From the NCBI GenBank assembly GCA_051294905.1, contig CM119371.1, forward strand, positions 22,258,001-22,322,000: DNA of 64,000 nucleotides, given 5' to 3'. This document shows positions 62,871-64,000 of this stretch, piece by piece. Position 1 is the first letter of the stretch; each line of letters opens with the position of its first letter. Below the pieces are notes generated by a model. The model did not search any database. It was not told the origin of the DNA and saw only the letters and a program-made list of their open reading frames with translations. A program made the translations under genes and the position numbers. The DNA is from Botryllus schlosseri. Lineage: Eukaryota.

Positions 62871-63257
62871 CAGGGTTGTAATGACTCGAGTCGCGATTTT
62901 TTGGTGTCTCGAGTCGATCTGTGTATTGACTCGACTTGTACTCGAGTCATTGTGCGTGACTCGATCCAAGTCACATAACTCGAGACTGGAACGGCCAGGA
63001 TAGACAATTCATTGTAATTTCGAAGAATAGTAAAGTCCACCACGTTATTGGTATCTCTACGATATTATGAATGCGAGCCATTCTATATCCCTCGAGAAGA
63101 GTTGAAAATGGGTTGAACAGAATCGAACTCGAAACGTAATAGTTAACATAATGACTCGGACTAGGACTTGACTCGGTGGTGAATTGAACATGACTCGACT
63201 TGACTCGAGTCATAACTCTTAGAAGTGAGATTGACTTGTGACTCGGTTGCAACCCTG
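62871..63257. mobile_element. hAT MITE family A, opposite orientation
   Basis: cagggttgtaa / ttgcaaccctg; interior is the reverse complement of 37017-37377; TSD not recognisable. Confidence 0.82.
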
Positions 63258-64000
63258 GACGAAACCTCTTTGTATACGTGAGAAGTAGAAGTATTTGGTC
63301 ATCGAGTATGAGCACCTATGTAATATAAAGAGGTCAATTCATGCGAATGAAATTATTACTCTACCAAATATTTGTCACGAAATTCAAATCTGTTGTCAGC
63401 AAAGATTAGCGTTTCCATACAAATCCTATTATTAACCGCGTAAACAGTAGCTGGGTGGTCCGATACTACAGAACAAATGTGTGTATTGCTTATTGAGTAA
63501 GATGTCGCGATAGGCAACCAATTGGCACCGCCAGTCGCGATTCAACAGGACCGACTGAATCTTTGAATTTCAAATACACGGCTCATGTATTCGCTGCATT
63601 CCACGGTGTGTTAAAGGTGACACGTTGAAGCTATCGGCCTTGACCCTGCCTTGTTTTAGATAGCGTCTTGTTTCTGCTGATATTTTGCAAACCTGGGTTT
63701 TTATCTTTTCAAAGACAATTCACCTTGTCGAGTTTTAATCGATCACGGGCTTACCGACGCGGAAACATTGTATATTTTCAAAACCGGGATTAGCAAAGAA
63801 AACGCATAACGTGATAACAGTGCCATATTTACGTTAAAACAGTGAATCACGCCGCGCGGTCCATGGGAAAACCAGCGCTTGTACGGCAGTACACCCCAGA
63901 TCTCGGCCGCAGTATCTAACGTGCGTACTGATGCGGCGCTAAGAATGCGGCCTGTGTTTGATATATCAACATGTATCCAAGTTTAGAATCTGAGAATAAA

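Overview
Eukaryotic (animal, apparently invertebrate) genomic DNA: AT-rich, CpG not obviously depleted, GT-AG introns, no prokaryotic gene organisation. The species cannot be determined from the sequence. Most short six-frame ORFs are noise or translations of repeats. (1) A + strand spliced host gene spans at least 19.8-60.5 kb. I could chain 11 exons by hand, all 10 junctions phase-compatible and stop-free, giving about 680 aa. The protein is Ser/Pro/Thr-rich and probably disordered, with one coiled coil, LD-motif-like helices and several Tyr motifs; I do not recognise the gene and its start codon was not found. (2) Introns and upstream DNA are packed with non-autonomous DNA transposons: at least eight hAT-type MITE families with 8-bp TSDs (including ~620-680-bp near-palindromic foldback copies and a three-level nest), an internally deleted piggyBac, hAT transposase relics and an unclassified TIR family with about 7 local copies. 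Several degenerate 100-165-bp tandem arrays are also present. (3) The most unusual observation is a 31-bp perfect palindrome found at two separate sites, each flanked by its own 7-bp direct repeat, i.e. a candidate ultra-short mobile element. All coordinates and alignments were read by eye; no database search was run.
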